Virus record (IMG/VR): IMGVR_UViG_3300013131_000021
Length of the DNA: 64,000 nucleotides
From: a virus
Strand: one strand, 5' to 3'
The position numbers and the translations under genes are program-made. The notes beneath the pieces were generated by a model. It was not told the origin of the DNA. It made no database searches and saw only the letters and a list, made by a program, of their open reading frames with translations. Position 1 is the stretch's first letter. Each line of letters begins with the position of its first letter. Below, in pieces: positions 1-10,515 of the stretch.

Positions 1-1
1 C

Positions 2-769
2 CTCGACGGTGCTACGCAGTCATTAACTATGCTCACGGGAGCATTGACTAACAATGGCAAACTGATATTTGGAACTGCCGCAGGCAACAATGCCGGCGAT
101 GCCAATGCTATAGAACTCAAAGCTACAGACGGCGATGTCTATTTAACTTCCACCGAAAGCGTGAAGATCACTGTGGATGCCAATGACAGCAGTGCCCGTG
201 TATGGACTTTTGATCCTACTGGCGAGCTAACTGTTCCTGGTAATATTTCAAGAGTCGATGGCGGTGACTTAACTATATCCGCAGCGGCCAACATCTACAT
301 TGACAGTACCAACAACAGTAGTCTGTGGATAGGTACTGCCTCTAATACTGACAGCGTGATTCTAGGATCTAAGACAAACGGCAACGATGTGGCTGTGTTG
401 GGTGACCTACAGATCATCACCGGTGTATATGAAACATTTAGTTCCATAGCAGATGCCACAGGAGTGGTTACTCATAACTGTTCCAACGGACATATATTCT
501 ACCATACCAGCCCAGATGCCAACTGGACCGTGAATATAACCAACTTGAACTCTACACAAAACAGAGCCACTACTATTACCTGCATAATTTCACAGGGCGG
601 CACTGGCTATTATCCCAACGCACTACAGATCGCAGGAGCAGCACAGACTATCAATTGGCAGGGCAACACAACACCAACACCTAGCACAAACAGAACTGAT
701 GTGGTAACATTCAGTATCCTAAATACCAGCGGTGGTTATACCGTGCTGGGACAGCTGACAGGATTCTAA
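2..769 (+). CDS. Tail fibre-like virion protein, C-terminal part (frame is open from the left edge)
   Basis: Gly/Thr/Asn-rich beta-type sequence. C-terminal domain (VTHNCSNGHIFYH...INWQGNTTPTP...DVVTFS) is typical of phage tail-fibre ends. No stop between position 2 and the ATG at 29. Confidence 0.65.
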   Translation, partial: LDGATQSLTMLTGALTNNGKLIFGTAAGNNAGDANAIELKATDGDVYLTSTESVKITVDANDSSARVWTFDPTGELTVPGNISRVDGGDLTISAAANIYIDSTNNSSLWIGTASNTDSVILGSKTNGNDVAVLGDLQIITGVYETFSSIADATGVVTHNCSNGHIFYHTSPDANWTVNITNLNSTQNRATTITCIISQGGTGYYPNALQIAGAAQTINWQGNTTPTPSTNRTDVVTFSILNTSGGYTVLGQLTGF

Positions 770-770
770 T

Positions 771-2162
771 ATGTTTAGTAGTTTCTCAGGTTCATTTAAG
801 TTTGGTCGTAGGCGAGTAGCGGCAGCTACACCTGCTGCTCTAGTGCTGGGACTAGATGCTAATACCTACAGCGGATCAGGTGCTTGGTTAGACAGCACTG
901 CCAACGACAATGATGCTACCATAGTTCAGAGTCCAACTTACAGTTCTTTACAGGCCGGATATTTTACATTCGATGGCGGAACTGCGTCACCTCCTGGATC
1001 TGTTGATAGTTTTTCTGTAGCTGATTCAGCATCCTTACATCCTAGTTCGGGAATATCTATCATAATGTGGATCTATATCAGCGTTATTCCTAATGCCGAT
1101 CCTAATCTATTATTCACTAAAAGAACTACCACCGGTGACGGATTAGTAGGGTTCTACAATCAAACATTATATAGATTTAGAATAGGAACTTCGGGCACTG
1201 GCACGGGCAATTCTTTGGACTGGACCACATCGCCTACTGTAGGAGCCTGGCAACAGATTGTAGTAACTGTAGGTGCTGCTGGTGGTAAGATCTACAAAGA
1301 TGGGATATTGGTAAGAAACGATACAAACTATGTGGGAAACTTTGCTAACATCAGTACAACAGAATCCTTGCTAATTGGAGACTGTAAACCTCTTAGTTCA
1401 GGAGTAAATGGTTTCCGAGGCAGAATGAGTATTTTCCAAGTATACAATGGTGTGCTAACTGCTGATGAAGTTGTAACAGAATTTAACAAATACCGAGCAC
1501 GATATGGCCTAGAAGCCATAGGTGTGGCGGCAACAGATCAACAATTATACCTGATCCCAGGAGCTTATTCTGGATCAGGTACTAGCTGGACTGATAATAG
1601 CCCCAATGCCTATACTACAACATTGGTAGGTTCGCCTACATTTAACACCACTTACTTTAACTTCCCTAATACCTCGGCTAGGTATATTGACACCAATCAA
1701 AGTATAAGTTCAGAATCATTTAGTGTGGGCATTTGGTTTAGAACTTCAGCCACGGGTATTAAAATGACTCTGTGTAAAGAGACTACAGGAGGCTGGCCTT
1801 GGAACTATCGTATTTGGTTCAATGGGGGTCAGATCGTAGGAGACATAGCCAACGGTGCTGGATCTAGTGAAAGTATTACCAGTCCTTTAACAACTTATAA
1901 CAACGGTGCTTGGCACTTAGTAATGTTCACTAGAGATTCATCTAATCTGCGCTTATATGTCAATGGGGTTGAGGTCGCTAACAGTGCCGCAAGTCTAGCC
2001 ACAGTTTCTAACAGTCAAGAAGTATGGATTGGACGAAGTGCATTTGCTGGTGCTTATCAATGGGTTGGGGATCTTGGAGAAGCCTTTATCTATAGCAGAG
2101 TACTAACTGCCAGTGAAATACTAGCAAACTACAATGCTACTAAACCAGCATACGGATTATAA
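771..2162 (+). CDS. Tandem concanavalin A/LamG-like lectin domain protein (putative receptor-binding or tail accessory protein)
   Basis: Two LamG-type repeats (SIIMWIY...WQQIVVT...IYKDG...LLIG; SVGIWF...WHLVMFT...LYVNG...VWIG...YSRVLTASEI). Confidence 0.8.
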   Translation: MFSSFSGSFKFGRRRVAAATPAALVLGLDANTYSGSGAWLDSTANDNDATIVQSPTYSSLQAGYFTFDGGTASPPGSVDSFSVADSASLHPSSGISIIMWIYISVIPNADPNLLFTKRTTTGDGLVGFYNQTLYRFRIGTSGTGTGNSLDWTTSPTVGAWQQIVVTVGAAGGKIYKDGILVRNDTNYVGNFANISTTESLLIGDCKPLSSGVNGFRGRMSIFQVYNGVLTADEVVTEFNKYRARYGLEAIGVAATDQQLYLIPGAYSGSGTSWTDNSPNAYTTTLVGSPTFNTTYFNFPNTSARYIDTNQSISSESFSVGIWFRTSATGIKMTLCKETTGGWPWNYRIWFNGGQIVGDIANGAGSSESITSPLTTYNNGAWHLVMFTRDSSNLRLYVNGVEVANSAASLATVSNSQEVWIGRSAFAGAYQWVGDLGEAFIYSRVLTASEILANYNATKPAYGL

Positions 2163-2190
2163 CGGTAAATATTAAAAAGAGAGCGTAATT

Positions 2191-2766
2191 ATGGCCATAC
2201 AAACAATCAATATCGGAAATGTAGTAAACGACGGGCTAGGCGATGACCTACGAACTGCATTCCAAAAAGTAAATGCCAACTTCACTGATTTGTCGGCACA
2301 GCTGACTATAACTGCATCCAACATAGGGGTTTCAGGAGTTGGAGTGTTTAAACAAAAGACTGGAACTAATCTCGAATTTAAGAATCTCGTTAGCGGTACA
2401 AAAATGCTTCTTAATGACACTGGTACAGCCATTATAATGAATAATACTGCTCCGGATGCTTTTATACGATTTGACACCGATTCGGGTAATGTTCAGGCCA
2501 GTTCTTATCAACAGTTAACATTGGGTGGTGCATCTGCTTCAGGAGCGACGACAAGTAGAAAAGATATAGAAGTTTCTGCTTTTGGTTCTACGGTTTCATT
2601 CAGGACCAGTATACCAATCACTGACATTTTAACTTCTTATGATTTTGGTAAGATAACTGGTGATTTGAATAATTCTCTACAAGCTCTTTTCGCAGCATCA
2701 AATATGGATTTTGGCACCATAGGACTACCTTCTACAGTTAGTATTGATTGTGGTGCTATTATATAA
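2191..2766 (+). CDS. Baseplate wedge / tail-fibre connector-like protein (T4 gp9/gp10-type N-terminus)
   Basis: N-terminal IQTINIGNVVNDGLGDDLRTAFQKVNANF motif; TAAATA at 2166-2171 upstream. Confidence 0.7.
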   Translation: MAIQTINIGNVVNDGLGDDLRTAFQKVNANFTDLSAQLTITASNIGVSGVGVFKQKTGTNLEFKNLVSGTKMLLNDTGTAIIMNNTAPDAFIRFDTDSGNVQASSYQQLTLGGASASGATTSRKDIEVSAFGSTVSFRTSIPITDILTSYDFGKITGDLNNSLQALFAASNMDFGTIGLPSTVSIDCGAII

Positions 2767-2778
2767 GGAGCAGTCCAG

Positions 2779-5253
2779 ATGATTACCTGGATTACACCTG
2801 CAGGAAGTTTAGGTTTACTAACCGAACGGATTATCATCGATATACCTTTATCTGCTAGTTCAGACATAGGTCCAATAACATTCACATTAATAGCCGGATC
2901 ATTACCTAGAGGTTTGAGGTTGAGCAATAGTTCAATCAAAGGCTCGCCGACAGAAGTTAAAGTGTATACAACAAGTAAGTTTGTAATTAGAGCTAGTGAT
3001 GGTATCGATTTGGAAGATAGAACTTTTAATATCTCAGTAGATGGTTCAGATAAACCGATATGGCTTACTCAAGAAGGTTTTTTAAATGTTGGGCCGGCTA
3101 ACGCTTATTTCGTCTTAGATAATGCCAAAGTTGATTTTCAATTAGAAGCCACAGACCCAGATCTAATAGCAGAAGATAATTTAGAATTCTATCTAGTACC
3201 CAACGGCGGACTATTACCTCCAGGACTATCTCTCAGTAGAGACGGTATTATATCTGGATATACAGATCCTATTTTCGCTTTAGAGTATCAAGGTAATCCG
3301 TTTGGAGGATACGATACTGCGCCATTAGACATAGTACCGATAGATTTTGCCGAAGCTAGATCAAACGGTTTTGATACATTTTTTTACGATAGTCAAGTTT
3401 TTGATTATAATGATCCTAGCCGAATACCTAGAAGACTGAGTAGAATTTATACCTTTATAGTTGCTGTTACGGACGGAGTATATACTGAAACTAGATTATT
3501 TAAAATTTATGTAGTAACCGAAGAATTCTTACAGGCTGATAATTCCATAGTCCAAGTTGATACAAATCTCTTTACTTCGGATGCAAACAGTAATAGAACG
3601 CCTATATGGATCACTGGATCTAATCTAGGAAGATTTAGAGCCAATAACTATGTAACAATTTTTCTGGATGTTTATGATCCTCCGACTTTGTCCGGAACTA
3701 TAACATATTTCTTAGTGCCCACTAATCCAGATAATTCTGTCAGCACTTTGCCTCCGGGAATGACTCTAGATAGTATTACTGGGGAGATAGCAGGCAAAGT
3801 TCCATATCAAGCCAGAGTCAGTAGATCATATGTGTTTACGATAAGAGCTGTGAATTTTCCCACAGCTTTGGCTTATGCAGATTATATATTAAAGGGAAGT
3901 TGGAATTTATCAGTAAATTATTTTGTTAATGATGCAGTAGTTTACCTAGGTATAATTTATATTTGTAAAGTGGCGAACCGGGGAAGATTACCTACTGATA
4001 CAGAATTTTGGATCCCAGGCGTGTCTAGTGCTGACAAAACATTTACAGTGGAGCTGATAGGTGAAATAGAAAGCGCAGTTCGTTGGATATCTGATATTGA
4101 TCTAGGAACTATAAAACCTAATCAACCGAGTCAATTATACGTAGAAGCCGAAAGTCTGTTGTACGGCGGAAGAATAGGCTACGAATGGGTTAGCGGAACG
4201 TTGCCGGCCGGCTTGACATTTTTAGGCAACGGAATTATAGAAGGCAAAATAAAACAATTTGCCGATGACGTCGGTCCCGGACTAACTAGATTTTATGAAC
4301 GTACCGATAGTTTAAATAATTTGGAAGATAGTTCTACATTGTCAAAAGATTTTGGTGGAACATTCGATGGTGGAGATACTTCGTTTGATAGAAAGTTTAC
4401 ATTTACAATTAGAGCAAGAGATAGTGTTAATTTTGCAACGTTGAATAAAACTTTTTATTTTTTAGTGATAGCCGATACTACAAAAACTTTTGCAAATTTA
4501 TATGTGAAAGCATTTCAATCGAAATCTAAAAGATTAAAATGGTATAATTTTATCACTGATGCTGTAATTTTTAAATCTGATGATATTTATAGATACGGTG
4601 ATCCTAATTTTGGTATACAGACCAATTTAAATGTTCTGATATACGCAGGTATAGAAAGCGTAGAAGCAGTCAAGTATGTACAGGCTATCAGTCGAAATCA
4701 TTACAGAAAACAGTTAAGATTTGGTGATCTAAGAGTATCTAAGGCTAAAGATCCTATCACACAGGAAACGATATACGAAGTAATATACGTTGATGTTGTA
4801 GATCAATATGAAAAAAATGGGCTGAGTATTAGTGATACTATTCATTTGGCTGACGATATAAAAAGTAAGGTTCTAATCAGTTATGATGCTATTAAAGTAG
4901 ACAGTGATATTCCTTTTGTCAGCGACAGCGATCATCAAAGAATATTCCCGAATTCAGTTAAGAATATGCGAAAACGTATAGCATCTGTTGGAACAAATGA
5001 TAGAGAATTTCTTCCGTTATGGATGCGCAGCATACAAGATACAGCATCGTATGAATTAGGTTATACCAAAGCTCTTATCCTTTGCTACTGCAAACCTGGA
5101 AGATCTGATTTGGTTTTATCAAGGATAGAACAGTCAAATTTTGATTTTAAACAAATTGACTTTGAAATAGATAGATACTTAATAGATATTATCGACGGAC
5201 AAATAGAGGATAAATACCTTGTATTTCCGCAACGTGGAGAAAAATTACCGTGA
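2779..5253 (+). CDS. Large virion structural protein with repeated putative Ig (He_PIG-like) domains, probably baseplate
   Basis: Repeated LPxGL(T/S)L...G.I.G units followed by F(T/V)IRA strands; located among structural genes. Confidence 0.65.
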   Translation: MITWITPAGSLGLLTERIIIDIPLSASSDIGPITFTLIAGSLPRGLRLSNSSIKGSPTEVKVYTTSKFVIRASDGIDLEDRTFNISVDGSDKPIWLTQEGFLNVGPANAYFVLDNAKVDFQLEATDPDLIAEDNLEFYLVPNGGLLPPGLSLSRDGIISGYTDPIFALEYQGNPFGGYDTAPLDIVPIDFAEARSNGFDTFFYDSQVFDYNDPSRIPRRLSRIYTFIVAVTDGVYTETRLFKIYVVTEEFLQADNSIVQVDTNLFTSDANSNRTPIWITGSNLGRFRANNYVTIFLDVYDPPTLSGTITYFLVPTNPDNSVSTLPPGMTLDSITGEIAGKVPYQARVSRSYVFTIRAVNFPTALAYADYILKGSWNLSVNYFVNDAVVYLGIIYICKVANRGRLPTDTEFWIPGVSSADKTFTVELIGEIESAVRWISDIDLGTIKPNQPSQLYVEAESLLYGGRIGYEWVSGTLPAGLTFLGNGIIEGKIKQFADDVGPGLTRFYERTDSLNNLEDSSTLSKDFGGTFDGGDTSFDRKFTFTIRARDSVNFATLNKTFYFLVIADTTKTFANLYVKAFQSKSKRLKWYNFITDAVIFKSDDIYRYGDPNFGIQTNLNVLIYAGIESVEAVKYVQAISRNHYRKQLRFGDLRVSKAKDPITQETIYEVIYVDVVDQYEKNGLSISDTIHLADDIKSKVLISYDAIKVDSDIPFVSDSDHQRIFPNSVKNMRKRIASVGTNDREFLPLWMRSIQDTASYELGYTKALILCYCKPGRSDLVLSRIEQSNFDFKQIDFEIDRYLIDIIDGQIEDKYLVFPQRGEKLP

Positions 5254-5831
5254 CTAGCAACATCAATTATATAGCGATCAATGAAAACTTTCCTGTAGCA
5301 GGGCAAGATAACGATACTCAGGTATTTCGTGATAATTTTGATACAATTAAAACTAATTTTCAATCTGCTAAAACTGAAATTGAAGATCTTCAGGATAATT
5401 CGGCGAGATTAGATCAATCGAATGATTATGGATATTTTACCCAGACATCTTTGATTCTACAAGATTCGTATCTAAGAAAAAAAGATTATGGAGCCACTAT
5501 TACAGCAATTACACAGGAAATATCATTTAAACAAGCTCTATATCACATAATTAAATTCGGTAATAACTGCGCTCTTTCGTTTATCGAATTTCCAACTGCT
5601 GCTGTATCAGTAGAGGGTTTAGGCAGTTTAGGAAAAGCTACTTTAGAGCTTTACGGAGATGGAACTGCAAGAACACTGACATTTACTGCATCCGGAATCA
5701 CTGTAATTAAAAAATCTTCTTCATTCCCGGTTTCATTGACAGTAACATCCGCAACCAATCCCACTTTGATAGAAGTGTGGCAACACAGTACTAATGTTAT
5801 ATTCCTTAACTATCTGGGAACTTTTGCCTAA
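5250..5831 (+). CDS. Virion structural protein (baseplate/tail associated)
   Basis: INENFPVAGQDNDTQVFRDNF..IK.NF N-terminus seen in large myophage structural genes; overlaps the upstream stop. Confidence 0.5.
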   Translation: MTSNINYIAINENFPVAGQDNDTQVFRDNFDTIKTNFQSAKTEIEDLQDNSARLDQSNDYGYFTQTSLILQDSYLRKKDYGATITAITQEISFKQALYHIIKFGNNCALSFIEFPTAAVSVEGLGSLGKATLELYGDGTARTLTFTASGITVIKKSSSFPVSLTVTSATNPTLIEVWQHSTNVIFLNYLGTFA

Positions 5832-6061
5832 TGTTTCATCCTCTCGAGTCAAATCTCAGCGATCTAAAAGATCAAGAAGTTGAAAATAAATTAATCGAAT
5901 TAAACAGAAAATATCATACCGCCGCAAGATTAGGACATACTGATCTCTTGACACAATTATCAACATTTATTACAATATATAGAGACGAATTACAGAAAAG
6001 ATACGCTCAAAAATTGAAAAATACAGATGATGATTTAGGTCAATTGATCAATGTCGACTAA
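5831..6061 (+). CDS. Hypothetical protein (helical)
   Basis: 76-aa ORF translationally coupled on both sides. Confidence 0.6.
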   Translation: MFHPLESNLSDLKDQEVENKLIELNRKYHTAARLGHTDLLTQLSTFITIYRDELQKRYAQKLKNTDDDLGQLINVD

Positions 6062-6521
6062 TAACATAGACCAATTAATTACAGGCATATTGAAATATGG
6101 GCCAGATATTTTGGAACATACTTTATGCTCTGAAGATTTAACTGACTACATTGATAAAATATATCAAGAACATCTAGATTACCCAGTCCCCCCTACTACA
6201 ATTTATAAAACTAATTGGTTTATTCCTCAAGAATATAAAGATCTAGATATTGAACAATATTTAATAAGTGTGTGTCCTAACGAAAATCTTGATAGATTAT
6301 CACAAGAATTAGAATTATACCGAGAAAATGAGATGATTCCTGTGCTGAAAACTATGAAATATATAGTAGATACGCTTAGAAAAAACAATATAGTTTGGGG
6401 TGTGGGCAGAGGATCTAGTGTATCAAGTTATGCGCTCTATTTGTTGGGAGTACATAAGATCAACAGTGTTAAATATAGACTGCCGTTAGACGAATTCTTT
6501 AAAGGAGAACAAAATGGGTAG
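6051..6521 (+). CDS. Stand-alone fragment of DNA polymerase III alpha subunit (DnaE palm N-terminal part)
   Basis: RL..ELE...GVGRGSSVSSYALYLLGVHKINSVKYRLPLDEFF matches the DnaE GRGS region; the ORF ends before the PDIDxD catalytic motif. Confidence 0.75.
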   Translation: MSTNNIDQLITGILKYGPDILEHTLCSEDLTDYIDKIYQEHLDYPVPPTTIYKTNWFIPQEYKDLDIEQYLISVCPNENLDRLSQELELYRENEMIPVLKTMKYIVDTLRKNNIVWGVGRGSSVSSYALYLLGVHKINSVKYRLPLDEFFKGEQNG

Positions 6522-6744
6522 AACATACACAAGTGTAAGAGGTAAAGAAATTGATATGGAAAAATTAACTCTTAGACATGAAAAAACACCAGCAGTAGGA
6601 AACATGAAAGTAAATGCTAGAGGAGATGAACTAGGCGACGGTGGTAAGATAATTCGCACTAGAGAACAAGTATTAGCAGATTACTATGCACAGAATCCTA
6701 ACGCTATGCGCGAAGAAGTTGCTACTAGAGCAAATAAAAAATGA
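6514..6744 (+). CDS. Hypothetical protein
   Basis: 76-aa ORF with a GGAG RBS and coupled start. Confidence 0.6.
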   Translation: MGRTYTSVRGKEIDMEKLTLRHEKTPAVGNMKVNARGDELGDGGKIIRTREQVLADYYAQNPNAMREEVATRANKK

Positions 6745-6752
6745 GGAATTAA

Positions 6753-7145
6753 ATGTACGACATAAAAAATATCACTGTAAGACCTCTATCCAGAGATATA
6801 CTAGTTTATAATATGGATATAGGTGAACAAAAAACAGCAGGCGGGATAGTAATTCAAAGTGATGACGGTAAGTCTCATGGAATTAAACCTAGGTGGGCTC
6901 AGATTTATAAAATCGGTAGCGATTGCGAAATAGATGCAGCTCCAGGTCAATGGATATTGATCGAACATGGTAGATGGACTAGAAAGATTAAGATTGATGA
7001 TGGTGATGGTATAAAAGAAATACAAAAAGTTGAAACATCATCAGTATTAGCTGTAGCTGACTATCGACCTAATGATGTTTATCTAGGTCAAGAATTTGCT
7101 AACGGATCAAGCTTCAATGTTCGGCCAGAAGATTTCTCTAGATGA
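6753..7145 (+). CDS. groES: GroES/Cpn10-like co-chaperonin
   Basis: VRPL..DILV, KTAGGIVI mobile loop, and (V/I)..IG...GQWILI pattern. Confidence 0.75.
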   Translation: MYDIKNITVRPLSRDILVYNMDIGEQKTAGGIVIQSDDGKSHGIKPRWAQIYKIGSDCEIDAAPGQWILIEHGRWTRKIKIDDGDGIKEIQKVETSSVLAVADYRPNDVYLGQEFANGSSFNVRPEDFSR

Positions 7146-7381
7146 TCGATGATAATGAAAACACTGTAGCTGAATTAGCACATCGGCTACACTCATTATC
7201 AAGAAAATGTAACAATCCATATCTACACGATTCTGAATCATTCGAATTCAAAAAAGACCTATATCTAATCAAAGACTTAGTAGATGATGCGTTAGTATCA
7301 ACCAAATATTTTGGTGAAATGGAACATCAATGGTTGACAGAGCGTGATAAAAAACGTATCATTAAAATACTTAAATCATAG
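7142..7381 (+). CDS. Hypothetical protein
   Basis: 79-aa ORF with ATGA overlap. Confidence 0.55.
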   Translation: MIDDNENTVAELAHRLHSLSRKCNNPYLHDSESFEFKKDLYLIKDLVDDALVSTKYFGEMEHQWLTERDKKRIIKILKS

Positions 7382-7390
7382 GAAAATATT

Positions 7391-7792
7391 ATGACCAATC
7401 CTTTTAGGGATCAAGAAAAATTCATGTTGGCTTCGAATCAATCCGTAGATCGAGGTAATACTGATCAGTTCAACATGTATCTAAAATTAATTGAGGAAGA
7501 AGCAGAAGAATTAAATCAAGCTATCCTTAATAAGGATAGAGTAGAAATGCTAGACGCACTCATAGATATGATAGTAGTTACTATCGGTGCTATTCATAGC
7601 ATGGGCGCAGATGCCGAAGGAGCATGGAACGAAGTCATGCGTACTAATTTTGCCAAAATCGATCCTGCCACAGAGAAAGTTAAAAAAAGAGAAGATGGTA
7701 AAGTTTTAAAACCAGAAGGATGGCAACCTCCTGTATTAAAAACGTATCTTTCTAAAGAAGAATCCTATATCAAACAAGGATTAGAACAATGA
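7391..7792 (+). CDS. MazG-like / PRA-PH family NTP pyrophosphohydrolase
   Basis: LIEEEAEEL...EMLDALID all-alpha motif; C-terminal KREDGKVLKPEGW. Confidence 0.8.
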   Translation: MTNPFRDQEKFMLASNQSVDRGNTDQFNMYLKLIEEEAEELNQAILNKDRVEMLDALIDMIVVTIGAIHSMGADAEGAWNEVMRTNFAKIDPATEKVKKREDGKVLKPEGWQPPVLKTYLSKEESYIKQGLEQ

Positions 7793-8223
7793 AGATCGGG
7801 TTTACCTGTTCTACCTTTGATCTATTTCACGCAGGTCATTTGCTGATGTTAGAAGAAGCAAAAAAACAATGTGATTATTTAATTGTAGGATTGCAAACTG
7901 ACCCAACCATCGATCGTCCAGAAACAAAGAATAAACCGATTCAATCGTTATTTGAAAGATTTGTACAACTTAAAGCCTGCAAATACATCGACGAAATCAT
8001 TCCATATTCGACTGAAAAAGAGTTGGTAGACATCTTGCTTTCTTATCCTATTAATGTTAGAATATTAGGAGATGAATATCAAGATAAAGATTTCACTGGA
8101 CGTTGGGAATGCGAAGCCAAAGGTATTGAATTTTATTTCAACAAGCGCGAACATTCTTTTTCAACAACGGAACTTAGAAATCGCGTAGTAGCTATAGAAG
8201 TAGAAAAAGGATTACAACAATGA
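7789..8223 (+). CDS. Cytidylyltransferase (TagD / glycerol-3-phosphate cytidylyltransferase-like)
   Basis: FDLFHAGH (HxGH motif), VGLQTD, and SFSTTELR. Confidence 0.85.
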   Translation: MKIGFTCSTFDLFHAGHLLMLEEAKKQCDYLIVGLQTDPTIDRPETKNKPIQSLFERFVQLKACKYIDEIIPYSTEKELVDILLSYPINVRILGDEYQDKDFTGRWECEAKGIEFYFNKREHSFSTTELRNRVVAIEVEKGLQQ

Positions 8224-8423
8224 ACATGGATGTAGCAGCGGTCTTTTTAGCTAGTAGTATCTTGACAATGCTAGCCGCAATAGTATGGGTTATGGCGATT
8301 TTGGTTATTAATAATCTCATCCATAAGTATTGGAAACCAATCGGATTGTATAAAATGATTGACCCAAATCAAAGATTCGCTGAGCCGCGTGAATTAGAAA
8401 AAATAGACAAGGATAAAAAATGA
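8220..8423 (+). CDS. Small membrane protein
   Basis: One long hydrophobic segment; ATGA overlaps. Confidence 0.55.
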   Translation: MNMDVAAVFLASSILTMLAAIVWVMAILVINNLIHKYWKPIGLYKMIDPNQRFAEPRELEKIDKDKK

Positions 8424-8587
8424 ATATTCAACCCAAAGATACGAGTAAGGGTCATTTTTATGTAAGTCTTGTAAAGAGTGGTTTTAGGATTCTAGCAGGA
8501 GCCAATATCTGTTTCGGAAATTTAATTGTTGGTGGTTCTTTAATTATTGTAGCCGAAATGTTAGGCATTGTAGAGGAATTGGTATGA
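8420..8587 (+). CDS. Small hydrophobic protein, 55 aa (absent from the ORF track): MNIQPKDTSKGHFYVSLVKS...IVEELV
   Basis: Read by hand; ATGA overlaps with both neighbours exactly fill the gap. Confidence 0.7.
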   Translation: MNIQPKDTSKGHFYVSLVKSGFRILAGANICFGNLIVGGSLIIVAEMLGIVEELV

Positions 8588-9504
8588 AAGAATTATGGGT
8601 TGAAAAGTATCGCCCTAAAACTATAGAAGGTTATGTTTTTAGAGACGATCATCAACGAAAACAAGTTGAAACATGGATCAAAGATCAAAGCATTCCACAT
8701 CTACTACTGAGCGGCAACGCCGGTATCGGCAAGACCACTTTAGCTAAAATTCTCATTAAAGAACTAGGTATTGAAGATTACGATGTTTTAGAAATAAATG
8801 CCAGTAGAACTAACTCAGTAGAAGATGTTCGAGATAAAATTACAAACTTTGTCCAGATGATTCCGTTTGGACCTTTCAAGGTGGTGTTATTAGATGAAGC
8901 TGATTATCTTAGTCCGAACGCTCAGGCGGCGCTACGTGGGGTCATGGAGGAGTATCATTCAACTGCTCGTTTCATCCTCACCTGTAACTACCCTAATCGC
9001 ATTATCCCTGCTTTACATTCACGATGTCAAGGATTTCACGTTGAGCGAACGGATCTTACTGAGTTTACCGCTCGTGTTGCTACTATTCTTGTTGAAGAGG
9101 CTGTGGATTTCGATCTTGAGACGTTAGACAATTACGTCAAGGTCGCATATCCAGATTTGCGAAAATGCATTAATCTTGTTCAACAAAACATACAAGAAGG
9201 AAAACTTATGGCTTCAAACAAGGGAGATGAAGGCGCGGCAGATTGGAAATTTAACATGGTCGAACTTTTTACCGCTGGAAAAATAACCGAGGCACGTAAA
9301 CTACTCTGCGGAAAACTTAGAGCCGAAGAGATGGAAGAAGTTTATCGATGGCTGTACGATCATATTGAAATTTTTGGCGATTCGACGAAACAAGATTCAG
9401 CGATACTGATAATAAAACAAGGATTAGTTGATCAAACAATCTGTGCTGATCCTGAAATAAATTTATCAGCAACATTAATTAAACTTGCAAGGTTGTCAGC
9501 ATGA
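8584..9504 (+). CDS. Clamp loader AAA+ subunit (RFC small subunit / T4 gp44-like)
   Basis: WVEKYRP, Walker A GNAGIGKT, Walker B DEAD, SRC motif. Confidence 0.92.
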   Translation: MKELWVEKYRPKTIEGYVFRDDHQRKQVETWIKDQSIPHLLLSGNAGIGKTTLAKILIKELGIEDYDVLEINASRTNSVEDVRDKITNFVQMIPFGPFKVVLLDEADYLSPNAQAALRGVMEEYHSTARFILTCNYPNRIIPALHSRCQGFHVERTDLTEFTARVATILVEEAVDFDLETLDNYVKVAYPDLRKCINLVQQNIQEGKLMASNKGDEGAADWKFNMVELFTAGKITEARKLLCGKLRAEEMEEVYRWLYDHIEIFGDSTKQDSAILIIKQGLVDQTICADPEINLSATLIKLARLSA

Positions 9505-9824
9505 GTTATCTTGTAACTGAAAATTGTATTAATTGTAAGCATACTGTTTGTGTAGAGGTATGTCCAGTTGACTGTTTTCACGAAGGTCCTAATTTCCTTG
9601 TGATCAATCCAGATGAATGTATTGACTGTGCTGTCTGTGTACCAGAATGTCCTGTTAATGCTATTGTAGCAGATAATGATACAAATATAGACACAGAATT
9701 TTGGACTGATCTTAATCGTAGACTAAGCAAAAAATGGCCTATTCTTACTAAAGCCAAAAAACCTCTTCCTGATCATGAAATGTGGAAAGACAAACCTAAT
9801 AAACTGACACAATTAGAAGAATAA
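9501..9824 (+). CDS. fdxA: FdxA-type dicluster ferredoxin
   Basis: [17 protein letters not shown] and [12 protein letters not shown] cluster motifs with a C-terminal WP.I extension. Confidence 0.9.
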   Translation: MSYLVTENCINCKHTVCVEVCPVDCFHEGPNFLVINPDECIDCAVCVPECPVNAIVADNDTNIDTEFWTDLNRRLSKKWPILTKAKKPLPDHEMWKDKPNKLTQLEE

Positions 9825-10280
9825 ATGAAATTAAAACTTAAAAATGCTTATATGAAAACTGCAGAAACGTTTGCGGAACTGAGCCATGCACGTAGACTTC
9901 ATGTAGGTGCCATCGTAGTTAAAGATGATAGGATTATTTCAATTGGTTATAATGGTATGCCTGCGGGATGGGACAATAATTGCGAGGATGAAGTAGTTGA
10001 AAATTACGCAGGATACGAAGGTGCTATACATCATGCTAAACTAAAAACCAAACCAGAGGTATTACATGCTGAAACTAATGCAATCGCTAAGTTGGCAAAG
10101 AGTACAGAATCAGGTTTTGGTGCTACTATGTTTATCACCCACAGTCCTTGTTTAGACTGCGCTAAGTTAATCTATCAGTCCGGTATCAATAAAGTCTTTT
10201 ATCGGGATGCTTATCGTAATACCGACGGTATCGACTTTCTTACAAAATCTGGAGTTTGGGTGGAGAAATTAGATGGATGA
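9825..10280 (+). CDS. dCMP deaminase
   Basis: VGA.IV, IGYNG, HAE and PCLDC zinc motifs. Confidence 0.92.
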   Translation: MKLKLKNAYMKTAETFAELSHARRLHVGAIVVKDDRIISIGYNGMPAGWDNNCEDEVVENYAGYEGAIHHAKLKTKPEVLHAETNAIAKLAKSTESGFGATMFITHSPCLDCAKLIYQSGINKVFYRDAYRNTDGIDFLTKSGVWVEKLDG

Positions 10281-10515
10281 AAGATATATGATAGTATCGT
10301 ACTTACAAAAACCTAACGGTAAGTATGATGAAATTACAGAATTTAAACGACATTACAGAACTAAACATATTCAAAGTGCCAAAGTTATTCTAGACCTTCA
10401 AGAAAAAAAAGTCATCAAAAACGGAATTAATCCAGCGGCTGGGTACGACGATATGCTGGAATTTTATAAAAGAATGTTGGGGGATCGATTGACCCCCCAT
10501 TTACCCAAAGATTAG
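10273..10515 (+). CDS. Hypothetical protein
   Basis: 80-aa ORF overlapping the upstream gene; converges on phoH. Confidence 0.55.
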   Translation: MDERYMIVSYLQKPNGKYDEITEFKRHYRTKHIQSAKVILDLQEKKVIKNGINPAAGYDDMLEFYKRMLGDRLTPHLPKD

